From the IMG/VR virus record IMGVR_UViG_3300018483_000013: DNA of 5,626 nt; one strand, written 5' to 3'. A model generated the notes under the pieces. It did no database searches, was not told where the DNA came from, and was given only the letters and a program-made list of their open reading frames with translations. The DNA comes from a virus (lineage: Duplodnaviria; Heunggongvirae; Uroviricota; Caudoviricetes). The stretch's first letter is position 1. Every line of letters starts with the position of its first letter. The translations under genes and the position numbers were made by a program. Shown in pieces: positions 1-5,626 of the stretch.

Positions 1-51
1 GCATACGAGATGCCTAAGTGACTGGAGTTCAGACGTGTGCTCTTCCGATCT
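1..51. other. Illumina TruSeq indexed (P7-side) adapter, reverse-complement orientation: GCATACGAGAT + 6-nt index GCCTAA + GTGACTGGAGTTCAGACGTGTGCTCTTCCGATCT. Not biological sequence.
   Basis: Positions 1-51 match the known TruSeq index adapter/PCR primer 2 region directly. The 6-mer GCCTAA is the reverse complement of TTAGGC, which I recall as a TruSeq index. The same adapter appears in inverted orientation at the other end of the window. Confidence 0.95.
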
Positions 52-973
52 GGTACAGATAGTCTATGACTGGCTGGATGCACTGAAAGATCCCAACGGC
101 CTGAAAACCTTTGTGAACACCACGCTGGGCGAGACCTACGAAGAGGCCGTGGGCGAAAAACTCGATCACCAGGTACTGATGGATAAGGTTGTGCGTTACA
201 CGGCGGCGGTGCCTGCCCGGGTGGTTTATCTGACGGCCGGCATTGACTCGCAGCGAAACCGTTTTGAGATGTATGTCTGGGGATGGGCTCCGGGAGAGGA
301 AGCCTTTCTGGTGGATAAAATCATCATTATGGGGCGTCCCGATGAGGAAGAGACGCTGTTACGTGTGGATGCGGCGATCAACAAAAAATACCGCCATGCA
401 GACGGAACCGAAATGACCATTTCCCGTGTCTGCTGGGACATCGGGGGGATCGATGGCGAAATCGTTTATCAGAGGTCAAAAAAACACGGTGTTTTCCGGG
501 TGCTGCCGGTAAAAGGCGCATCTGTCTATGGCAAGCCGGTGATCACCATGCCAAAAACCCGCAATCAGCGGGGCGTGTATCTGTGTGAAGTGGGGACGGA
601 CACCGCAAAAGAAATTCTCTATGCCCGTATGAGAGCCGATCCCACGCCTGCGGATGAAGCCACGTCGTATGCCATCCGTTTTCCTGATGATCCGGAGATT
701 TTTTCGCAGACAGAGGCGCAGCAACTGGTGGCGGAAGAGCTTGTGGAGAAGTGGGAAAAAGGAAAGATGCGTCTGCTGTGGGATAACAAAAAGCGGCGTA
801 ACGAAGCGCTGGACTGCCTGGTGTATGCCTACGCGGCATTACGTGTGTCCGTGCAACGTTGGCAGCTTGATCTGGCTGTACTGGCAAAATCCCGGGAAGA
901 AGAGACGACCCGGCCAACCCTTAAAGAACTGGCAGCGAAGCTGTCCGGAGGAGTGAATGGTTACAGTCGCTGA
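52..973 (+). CDS. A: Terminase large subunit (lambda gpA-like), C-terminal fragment; 5' end truncated by the contig/adapter boundary. First complete genomic codon starts at 53; stop TGA at 971-973.
   Basis: The ORF 35-973 translation closely resembles my recollection of the lambda gpA C-terminal half (e.g. WGWAPGEEAFLVDKIIIMGRPDEEETLLRVDAAINKKY, SKKHGVFRVLPVKGASVYGKP, VYLCEVGTDTAKE, WDNKKRRNEALDCLVYAYAALR). The first residues MCSSDL are translated from adapter bases 35-51 and are not real. Position in the gene order (upstream of W, B, C, D, E) fits. Confidence 0.92.
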
Positions 974-1163
974 ACTGCAGGCGCTGCGTCAGGCGCGCCT
1001 TGATTTATTAACCGGTAAACGGGTGGTGTCTGTCCAGAAAGATGGTCGCAGAATTGAATATACGGCGGCTTCTCTGGATGAGCTTAACCGGGCGATCAAT
1101 GATGCGGAGTCGGTACTGGGGACAACCCGACGTCGCCGTCGTCCGCTGGGAGTGAGGTTATGA
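957..1163 (+). CDS. W: Head completion / head-tail joining protein (lambda gpW-like), 68 aa
   Basis: 68 aa, the same length as lambda gpW, with a conserved core LTGKRVVSVQKDGRRIEYTAASLDEL (lambda, as I recall it, has [24 protein letters not shown]). The ATG at 957 is preceded by GGAGGAG (about 945-951) and overlaps the end of the terminase gene by 17 nt. Confidence 0.9.
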   Translation: MVTVAELQALRQARLDLLTGKRVVSVQKDGRRIEYTAASLDELNRAINDAESVLGTTRRRRRPLGVRL

Positions 1164-2752
1164 AACGAACGCCTGTCCTGATTGATGTGAACGGTGTTCC
1201 GCTTCGTGAGAGTCTCAGCTACAACGGGGGCGGCGCAGGATTTGGCGGGCAAATGGCGGAGTGGTTGCCACCGGCGCAGAGTGCCGATGCGGCCCTGCTG
1301 CCCGCGTTGCGTCTGGGGAATGCCCGGGCAGATGATCTGGTGCGCAATAACGGAATAGCGGCTAATGCGGTTGCCCTGCATAAGGATCACATTGTCGGGC
1401 ATATGTTTCTGATCAGCTACCGTCCGAACTGGCGCTGGCTGGGGATGCGGGAGACCGCAGCAAAAAGCTTTGTCGATGAGGTGGAGGCGGCCTGGTCGGA
1501 ATACGCCGAAGGGATGTTTGGCGAGATCGACGTGGAAGGAAAACGCACGTTCACGGAATTTATCCGTGAAGGTGTGGGCGTTCATGCGTTTAACGGCGAA
1601 ATCTTTGTGCAGCCGGTCTGGGATACGGAAACCACGCAGTTATTCCGTACGCGTTTTAAAGCTGTGAGTCCGAAACGGGTGGACACGCCTGGACACGGTA
1701 TGGGGAACCGTTTTCTGCGGGCCGGTGTGGAGGTCGATCGATATGGCCGTGCCGTCGCGTACCATATCTGTGAGGATGATTTTCCGTTCTCTGGTAGTGG
1801 ACGATGGGAACGGATCCCGCGTGAACTTCCCACCGGGCGTCCGGCCATGCTGCATATTTTCGAGCCGGTGGAGGACGGGCAGACCCGTGGGGCTAATCAG
1901 TTTTACAGCGTCATGGAACGGCTGAAGATGCTCGATTCCCTGCAGGCAACACAGCTTCAGTCGGCCATAGTGAAGGCGATGTATGCAGCGACGATTGAAA
2001 GTGAACTTGATACCGAAAAGGCCTTTGAATATATCGCCGGCGCGCCACAGGAGCAGAAGGATAATCCGCTTATTAATATTCTGGAGAAGTTCTCCAGCTG
2101 GTATGACACGAATAACGTGACACTGGGCGGAGTCAAAATTCCGCACCTTTTCCCTGGTGATGATCTGAAACTACAGACTGCGCAGGATTCAGACAATGGA
2201 TTTTCTGCACTTGAACAGGCGCTGCTGCGGTATATCGCCGCCGGTCTTGGCGTTTCCTACGAACAGTTGTCCCGTGATTACTCGAAGGTCAGTTACTCAA
2301 GTGCCCGCGCCTCCGCCAATGAGTCGTGGCGCTATTTTATGGGGCGGCGAAAATTTATTGCGGCCCGGCTGGCCACGCAGATGTTTTCCTGCTGGCTGGA
2401 AGAGGCACTTCTTCGGGGGATTATTCGTCCGCCACGGGCACGTTTTGATTTTTATCAGGCGCGATCAGCCTGGTCACGGGCAGAGTGGATTGGTGCCGGA
2501 AGAATGGCCATTGACGGGCTCAAGGAAGTCCAGGAATCAGTGATGCGCATTGAGGCCGGACTGAGCACGTATGAGAAAGAGCTGGCGCTGATGGGCGAGG
2601 ATTATCAGGACATTTTCCGCCAGCAGGTCAGGGAATCTGCTGAGCGGCAAAAAGCCGGACTCTCACGTCCGGTGTGGATAGCGCAGGCGTATCAGCAGCA
2701 GATAGCGGAGAGTCGCAGGCCGGAAGAGGAGACAACACCACGTGAGACGTAA
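1160..2752 (+). CDS. B: Portal protein (lambda gpB-like), 530 aa
   Basis: Long stretches match recalled lambda gpB motifs: GNARADDLVRNNG, HAFNGEIFVQPVWDT, FEPVEDGQTRGAN, LQSAIVKAMYAATIESELDT, LRYIAAGLGVSYEQLSR, ARASANESW-YFMGRRKF, WIGAGRMAIDGLKEVQESVM-IEAGLSTYEKE. Length is 530 aa versus about 533 in lambda. The start ATG overlaps the W stop (ATGA at 1160-1163) and is preceded by GGGAGTGAGG. Confidence 0.96.
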   Translation: MKRTPVLIDVNGVPLRESLSYNGGGAGFGGQMAEWLPPAQSADAALLPALRLGNARADDLVRNNGIAANAVALHKDHIVGHMFLISYRPNWRWLGMRETAAKSFVDEVEAAWSEYAEGMFGEIDVEGKRTFTEFIREGVGVHAFNGEIFVQPVWDTETTQLFRTRFKAVSPKRVDTPGHGMGNRFLRAGVEVDRYGRAVAYHICEDDFPFSGSGRWERIPRELPTGRPAMLHIFEPVEDGQTRGANQFYSVMERLKMLDSLQATQLQSAIVKAMYAATIESELDTEKAFEYIAGAPQEQKDNPLINILEKFSSWYDTNNVTLGGVKIPHLFPGDDLKLQTAQDSDNGFSALEQALLRYIAAGLGVSYEQLSRDYSKVSYSSARASANESWRYFMGRRKFIAARLATQMFSCWLEEALLRGIIRPPRARFDFYQARSAWSRAEWIGAGRMAIDGLKEVQESVMRIEAGLSTYEKELALMGEDYQDIFRQQVRESAERQKAGLSRPVWIAQAYQQQIAESRRPEEETTPRET

Positions 2753-4247
2753 TCTTTCACACATTATTGCCGCAGCATTCAATGAACCGCTGCTTCTGGA
2801 GCCCGCCTATGCGCGGGTTTTCTTTTGCGCGCTCGGGCGCGAGATGGGGGCAGCAAGTCTTTCGGTACCACAACAACAGGTACAGCTTGATGCTCCCGGA
2901 ATGCTGGCTGAAACGGACGAGTATATGGCCGGAGGTAAACGACCGGCCCGTGTTTACCGGGTGGTGAACGGTATTGCTGTACTGCCGGTGACCGGCACGC
3001 TGGTGCACCGGCTGGGTGGTATGCGGCCATTTTCCGGAATGACAGGCTATGACGGCATTGTCGCCTGTCTTCAGCAGGCAATGGCGGATAGCCAGGTGCG
3101 GGGCGTACTGCTGGACATTGACAGTCCGGGCGGGCAGGCCGCCGGCGCGTTTGACTGCGCTGACATGATTTACCGCCTCCGTCAGCAGAAGCCGGTCTGG
3201 GCACTGTGCAATGACACGGCCTGTTCTGCAGCCATGCTGCTGGCGTCGGCCTGCTCCCGACGGCTGGTTACCCAGACATCCCGTATCGGCTCCATTGGCG
3301 TGATGATGAGCCATGTCAGCTATGCCGGTCATCTGGCGCAGGCCGGTGTGGATATCACGCTGATTTACTCAGGGGCGCACAAGGTGGATGGCAATCAGTT
3401 TGAAGCGTTGCCGGCAGAGGTTCGCCAGGACATGCAGCAGCGGATTGATGCGGCGCGCCGGATGTTTGCCGAAAAAGTGGCGATGTATACCGGTCTGTCT
3501 GTTGATGCCGTCACGGGAACAGAGGCTGCCGTTTTTGAAGGTCAGTCCGGCATTGAGGCCGGGCTGGCGGATGAATTAATCAATGCGTCGGATGCCATCA
3601 GTGTGATGGCCACGGCGCTGAACAGTAATGTCAGAGGAGGCACTATGCCGCAATTAACTGCAACGGAAGCCGCCGCGCAGGAGAACCAGCGAGTGATGGG
3701 GATCCTGACATGCCAGGAAGCGAAAGGACGTGAACAGCTTGCCACGATGCTGGCAGGACAACAGGGCATGAGCGTTGAACAGGCCCGGGCGATTCTGGCC
3801 GCGGCGGCACCGCAGCAGCCGGTGGCATCCACGCAGAGTGAAGCCGATCGCATTATGGCGTGTGAAGAAGCGAACGGTCGTGAACAACTGGCGGCAACGC
3901 TGGCGGCGATGCCGGAGATGACGGTGGAAAAAGCCCGCCCGATCCTGGCTGCTTCACCGCAGGCGGATGCCGGACCATCACTCCGTGATCAGATCATGGC
4001 ACTGGATGAGGCAAAAGGGGCTGAGGCGCAGGCTGAACAGCTGGCTGCCTGCCCGGGAATGACAGTGGAGAGCGCCCGGGCTGTGCTGGCTGCGGGATCA
4101 GGTAAGGCAGAACCGGTCTCTGCATCCACAACCGCCATGTTTGAACATTTCATGGCGAACCATTCACCGGCAGCGGTACAGGGTGGCGTGGCACAGACGT
4201 CAGCAGACGGTGATGCGGACGTGAAAATGCTCATGGCCATGCCATGA
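2742..4247 (+). CDS. C: Prohead protease / minor capsid protein C (lambda gpC-like, peptidase S49/ClpP-fold family), 501 aa, GTG start
   Basis: The N-terminal two thirds align with recalled lambda gpC (NEPLLLEPAYARVFFCAL, VNGIAVLPVTGTLV, MTGYDGIV, GAFDCADMI, KPVWAL-ND-ACSAA-LLASA-SRRLVTQT, GSIGVMM-H, ITLIYSG-HKVDGN, EAAV--GQ--I-AGLADEL). The putative catalytic Ser is residue 162 (TCT at 3225-3227). GTG at 2742 is the first start codon after an in-frame TAG at 2703-2705; a GAGGAG motif lies about 10 nt upstream; the gene overlaps the portal stop by 11 nt. Confidence 0.93.
   Translation: MRRNLSHIIAAAFNEPLLLEPAYARVFFCALGREMGAASLSVPQQQVQLDAPGMLAETDEYMAGGKRPARVYRVVNGIAVLPVTGTLVHRLGGMRPFSGMTGYDGIVACLQQAMADSQVRGVLLDIDSPGGQAAGAFDCADMIYRLRQQKPVWALCNDTACSAAMLLASACSRRLVTQTSRIGSIGVMMSHVSYAGHLAQAGVDITLIYSGAHKVDGNQFEALPAEVRQDMQQRIDAARRMFAEKVAMYTGLSVDAVTGTEAAVFEGQSGIEAGLADELINASDAISVMATALNSNVRGGTMPQLTATEAAAQENQRVMGILTCQEAKGREQLATMLAGQQGMSVEQARAILAAAAPQQPVASTQSEADRIMACEEANGREQLAATLAAMPEMTVEKARPILAASPQADAGPSLRDQIMALDEAKGAEAQAEQLAACPGMTVESARAVLAAGSGKAEPVSASTTAMFEHFMANHSPAAVQGGVAQTSADGDADVKMLMAMP
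3645..4247 (+). CDS. Nu3: Nested in-frame scaffolding protein (lambda Nu3-like), sharing frame and stop with the protease gene; about 200 aa
   Basis: An internal ATG at 3645 is in the protease frame ((3645-2742)/3 = 301) and is immediately preceded by a strong Shine-Dalgarno AGAGGAGG (3633-3640). In lambda, Nu3 is translated from an internal start inside C in the same frame. The downstream sequence is Ala/Gln/Glu-rich and helix-like, typical of scaffold proteins. The exact start needs experimental confirmation. Confidence 0.7.
   Translation: MPQLTATEAAAQENQRVMGILTCQEAKGREQLATMLAGQQGMSVEQARAILAAAAPQQPVASTQSEADRIMACEEANGREQLAATLAAMPEMTVEKARPILAASPQADAGPSLRDQIMALDEAKGAEAQAEQLAACPGMTVESARAVLAAGSGKAEPVSASTTAMFEHFMANHSPAAVQGGVAQTSADGDADVKMLMAMP
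3690..4094 (+). repeat. Three tandem, diverged copies of a ~40-45 aa motif (R-[VI]-M-x-[IL]-x-x-x-E-A-x-G-x-E-Q-L-A-x-x-L-A-x-x-P-x-M-[ST]-V-E-x-A-R-x-[IV]-L-A-A) inside the C/Nu3 coding region
   Basis: Protein-level repeats read from the translation: RVMGILTCQEAKGREQLATMLAGQQGMSVEQARAILAAA (3690-3803), RIMACEEANGREQLAATLAAMPEMTVEKARPILAAS (3849-3953), and RDQIMALDEAKGAEAQAEQLAACPGMTVESARAVLAAG (3984-4094). The copies are diverged at the nucleotide level, so this is an old duplication, not an assembly artefact. Confidence 0.75.
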
Positions 4248-4283
4248 AGTCAGTGCTGACCATCAATAGGAGGTTTTTACAAT

Positions 4284-4631
4284 ATGGTGACGAAAACCAT
4301 CACTGAACAGCGTGCGGAAGTACGTATTTTTGCCGGTAATGATCCGGCTCATACCGCCACAGGCAGCAGCGGGATTTCCTCGCCAACACCGGCACTGACG
4401 CCCCTGATGCTGGATGAAGCCACCGGGAAACTGGTGGTCTGGGACGGACAGAAAGCCGGTAGTGCGGTTGGCATACTGGTACTGCCGCTTGACGGCACAG
4501 AGACGGCGCTGACGTATTACAAGTCGGGAACCTTTGCGACGGAGGCAATCCACTGGCCTGAAAGTGTGGATGAACACAAAAAGGCCAACGCCTTTGCCGG
4601 CAGTGCCCTGAGTCACGCGGCGCTGCCGTAA
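4284..4631 (+). CDS. D: Head decoration protein (lambda gpD-like), 115 aa
   Basis: Matches recalled lambda gpD motifs: NDPAHTAT, TPLMLD, KLVVWDG, AVGIL, YYKSGTF, FAGSA (lambda is about 110 aa). AGGAGG at 4268-4273 lies 10 nt upstream of the ATG at 4284. Stop TAA at 4629-4631. Confidence 0.93.
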   Translation: MVTKTITEQRAEVRIFAGNDPAHTATGSSGISSPTPALTPLMLDEATGKLVVWDGQKAGSAVGILVLPLDGTETALTYYKSGTFATEAIHWPESVDEHKKANAFAGSALSHAALP

Positions 4632-4640
4632 CACGTTATC

Positions 4641-4658
4641 AGGCCACCGCGGTGGCCT
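4641..4658. promoter_or_regulatory. Perfect 18-bp palindrome AGGCCACCGCGGTGGCCT in the D-E intergenic region; candidate RNA hairpin (partial terminator/attenuator or mRNA-stability element) or protein-binding site
   Basis: Seen directly: AGGCCACCG is the exact reverse complement of CGGTGGCCT. It sits 10 nt after the D stop and 31 nt before the E start, and is followed by GACTGATTTCTG, which is T-containing but not a clean U-tract. Function is inferred. Confidence 0.4.
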
Positions 4659-4688
4659 GACTGATTTCTGAATGAAAGGAACTGATTT

Positions 4689-5602
4689 ATGGGATTGTTT
4701 ACGACCCGCCAGTTACTCGGTTATACCGAACAAAAAGTGAAATTTCGTTCGCTGTTTCTGGAGCTGTTTTTCCGCCGTACGGTGAATTTCCATACCGAAG
4801 AGGTGATGCTGGACAAAATTACCGGAAAAACGCCGGTGGCGGCCTATGTCTCCCCGGTTGTTGAAGGAAAAGTGCTGCGTCATCGTGGTGGTGAAACCCG
4901 CGTGTTGCGTCCGGGCTACGTCAAGCCGAAACACGAATTTAATTACCAGCAGGCGGTTGAGCGCCTTCCTGGTGAAGATCCATCTCAACTGAACGATCCG
5001 GCTTACCGCCGTCTGCGTATCATTACCGATAACCTCAAACAGGAAGAGCACGCGATTGTCCAGGTGGAAGAAATGCAGGCGGTAAATGCTGTGTTGTATG
5101 GCAAATACACCATGGAAGGAGACCAGTTCGAGAAAATTGAGGTCGATTTTGGCAGGTCGACGAAGAATAACATCACACAGGGTAGCGGTAAGGAATGGTC
5201 AAAACAGGATCGTGACACTTTCGATCCTACACATGATATTGATCTTTACTGCGACCAGGCCAGCGGTCTTGTGAATATTGCCATCATGGACGGTACCGTT
5301 TGGCGTCTGCTGAATGGTTTTAAGCTGTTTCGCGAAAAACTGGATACCCGTCGCGGTTCAAATTCACAACTCGAAACGGCAGTGAAAGATCTGGGCGCAG
5401 TGGTGTCCTTCAAGGGGTATTACGGCGATCTGGCTATTGTTGTGGCGAAAACGTCTTATATAGCAGAAGACGGTATCGAAAAACGTTATCTTCCAGATGG
5501 CATGCTGGTCCTGGGGAATACTGCTGCAGATGGGATCCGTTGTTACGGAGCCATTCAGGATGCGCAGGCGTTGTCCGAAGGTGTGGTGGCTTCTTCCCGT
5601 TA
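4689..5602 (+). CDS. E: Major capsid protein (lambda gpE-like), N-terminal ~304 codons; 3' end truncated by the contig/adapter boundary (lambda gpE is about 341 aa)
   Basis: Strong similarity to recalled lambda gpE: PGYVKPKHE, DPAYRR-RII, AIVQVEEMQAVNAVL-GKYTM, NNITQ, EWSK-D, KEKLDTRRGSNS-LETAVKDLG, YGD-AIVV, LPDGMLVLGNT, YG-IQDA. The AAGGA Shine-Dalgarno lies about 8 nt upstream of the ATG at 4689. The apparent stop TAA at 5601-5603 is formed by genomic TA plus the first adapter base, so it is not the real stop. Confidence 0.93.
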
Positions 5603-5626
5603 AGATCGGAAGAGCACACGTCTGAA
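5603..5626. other. Illumina TruSeq adapter read-through sequence AGATCGGAAGAGCACACGTCTGAA (start of the index-adapter trimming sequence). Not biological sequence.
   Basis: Exact match to the first 24 nt of the standard TruSeq read-1 3' adapter (AGATCGGAAGAGCACACGTCTGAACTCCAGTCAC). It mirrors the adapter at positions 1-51. Confidence 0.95.

Noticed and set aside
654-956. 100-aa + strand ORF in an alternate frame inside the terminase gene, plus minus-strand ORFs at 476-724 and 543-917
   Set aside because: Out-of-frame and antisense overlaps with the well-supported terminase reading frame, with basic low-complexity translations; no evidence of a real overprinted gene.
989-1585. 198-aa minus-strand ORF antisense to the W/portal region
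   Set aside because: It lies entirely opposite two strongly supported phage genes, has no recognisable motifs, and is Arg/Pro-rich as expected for a shadow ORF in GC-rich coding sequence.
1640-2146. 168-aa minus-strand ORF antisense to the portal gene
   Set aside because: Shadow ORF inside the portal CDS; no SD or start context that I could see and no family resemblance.
2196-2543. 115-aa + strand ORF in an alternate frame inside the portal gene
   Set aside because: Completely embedded in the portal CDS in another frame; no SD; no recognisable protein features.
1100-2752. Programmed ribosomal frameshift site within this window
   Set aside because: The well-known lambdoid frameshift is in the tail assembly chaperone genes (G/GT), which lie downstream of this window; all genes here read through in single frames matching homolog lengths.
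2757-3332. 191-aa and 141-aa minus-strand ORFs (2757-3332, 2779-3204) antisense to the protease gene
   Set aside because: Both overlap the conserved S49 protease domain on the opposite strand; the composition is typical of antisense translation of GC-rich DNA.
3542-4240. Several minus-strand ORFs (3542-3853, 3643-3828, 3654-3887, 3989-4240) antisense to the scaffold region
   Set aside because: Antisense to the Ala/Gln-rich scaffold coding region, which naturally yields open reverse frames; all overlap the supported C/Nu3 gene.
4229-4283. Short palindrome GTCAGTGCTGAC in the C-D intergenic spacer as a possible terminator
   Set aside because: Only a 5-bp stem with a 2-nt loop, no U-tract, and it sits just upstream of the decoration gene SD; too weak to call.
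4263-5274. ORFs antisense to or out of frame with the decoration and capsid genes (4263-4634 -, 4300-4548 -, 4713-5051 -, 5003-5218 -, 5086-5274 +)
   Set aside because: All lie within strongly supported decoration and capsid CDSs; no independent support.
5434-5619. 61-aa minus-strand ORF starting MCSSDL at the right end
   Set aside because: Its start codon and first residues are encoded by the Illumina adapter (the same MCSSDL artefact as at the left end); it is not a gene.
1-5626. Possibility of a CRISPR array, tRNA, insertion sequence, or a defence/anti-defence island
   Set aside because: I saw no direct-repeat/spacer periodicity, no tRNA-like structure, no terminal inverted repeats or transposase-like ORF, and no intergenic space large enough: the window is almost fully occupied by colinear head genes.

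Overview
This window is a canonical lambda-like (lambdoid) phage head-morphogenesis module, all on the + strand, in the same order as phage lambda A-W-B-C/Nu3-D-E: the C-terminal ~307 codons of the terminase large subunit, the gpW head-completion protein, the portal protein, the S49-type prohead protease with a nested in-frame scaffold gene, the decoration protein, and a 3'-truncated major capsid protein. The proteins are clearly homologous to lambda but diverged, and I cannot tell from the sequence whether this is a prophage or a free phage. Both ends of the window are Illumina TruSeq adapter sequence (1-51 and 5603-5626), so the start of the first ORF and the stop codon of the last ORF are artefacts. 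I found no defence system, CRISPR array, tRNA or mobile element. The points most worth a second look are the adapter contamination, an apparent triplication of a ~40-45 residue motif in the protease/scaffold C-terminal region, the nested scaffold start, and a perfect 18-bp palindrome between the decoration and capsid genes. Antisense and out-of-frame ORFs in the track are treated as shadow ORFs.
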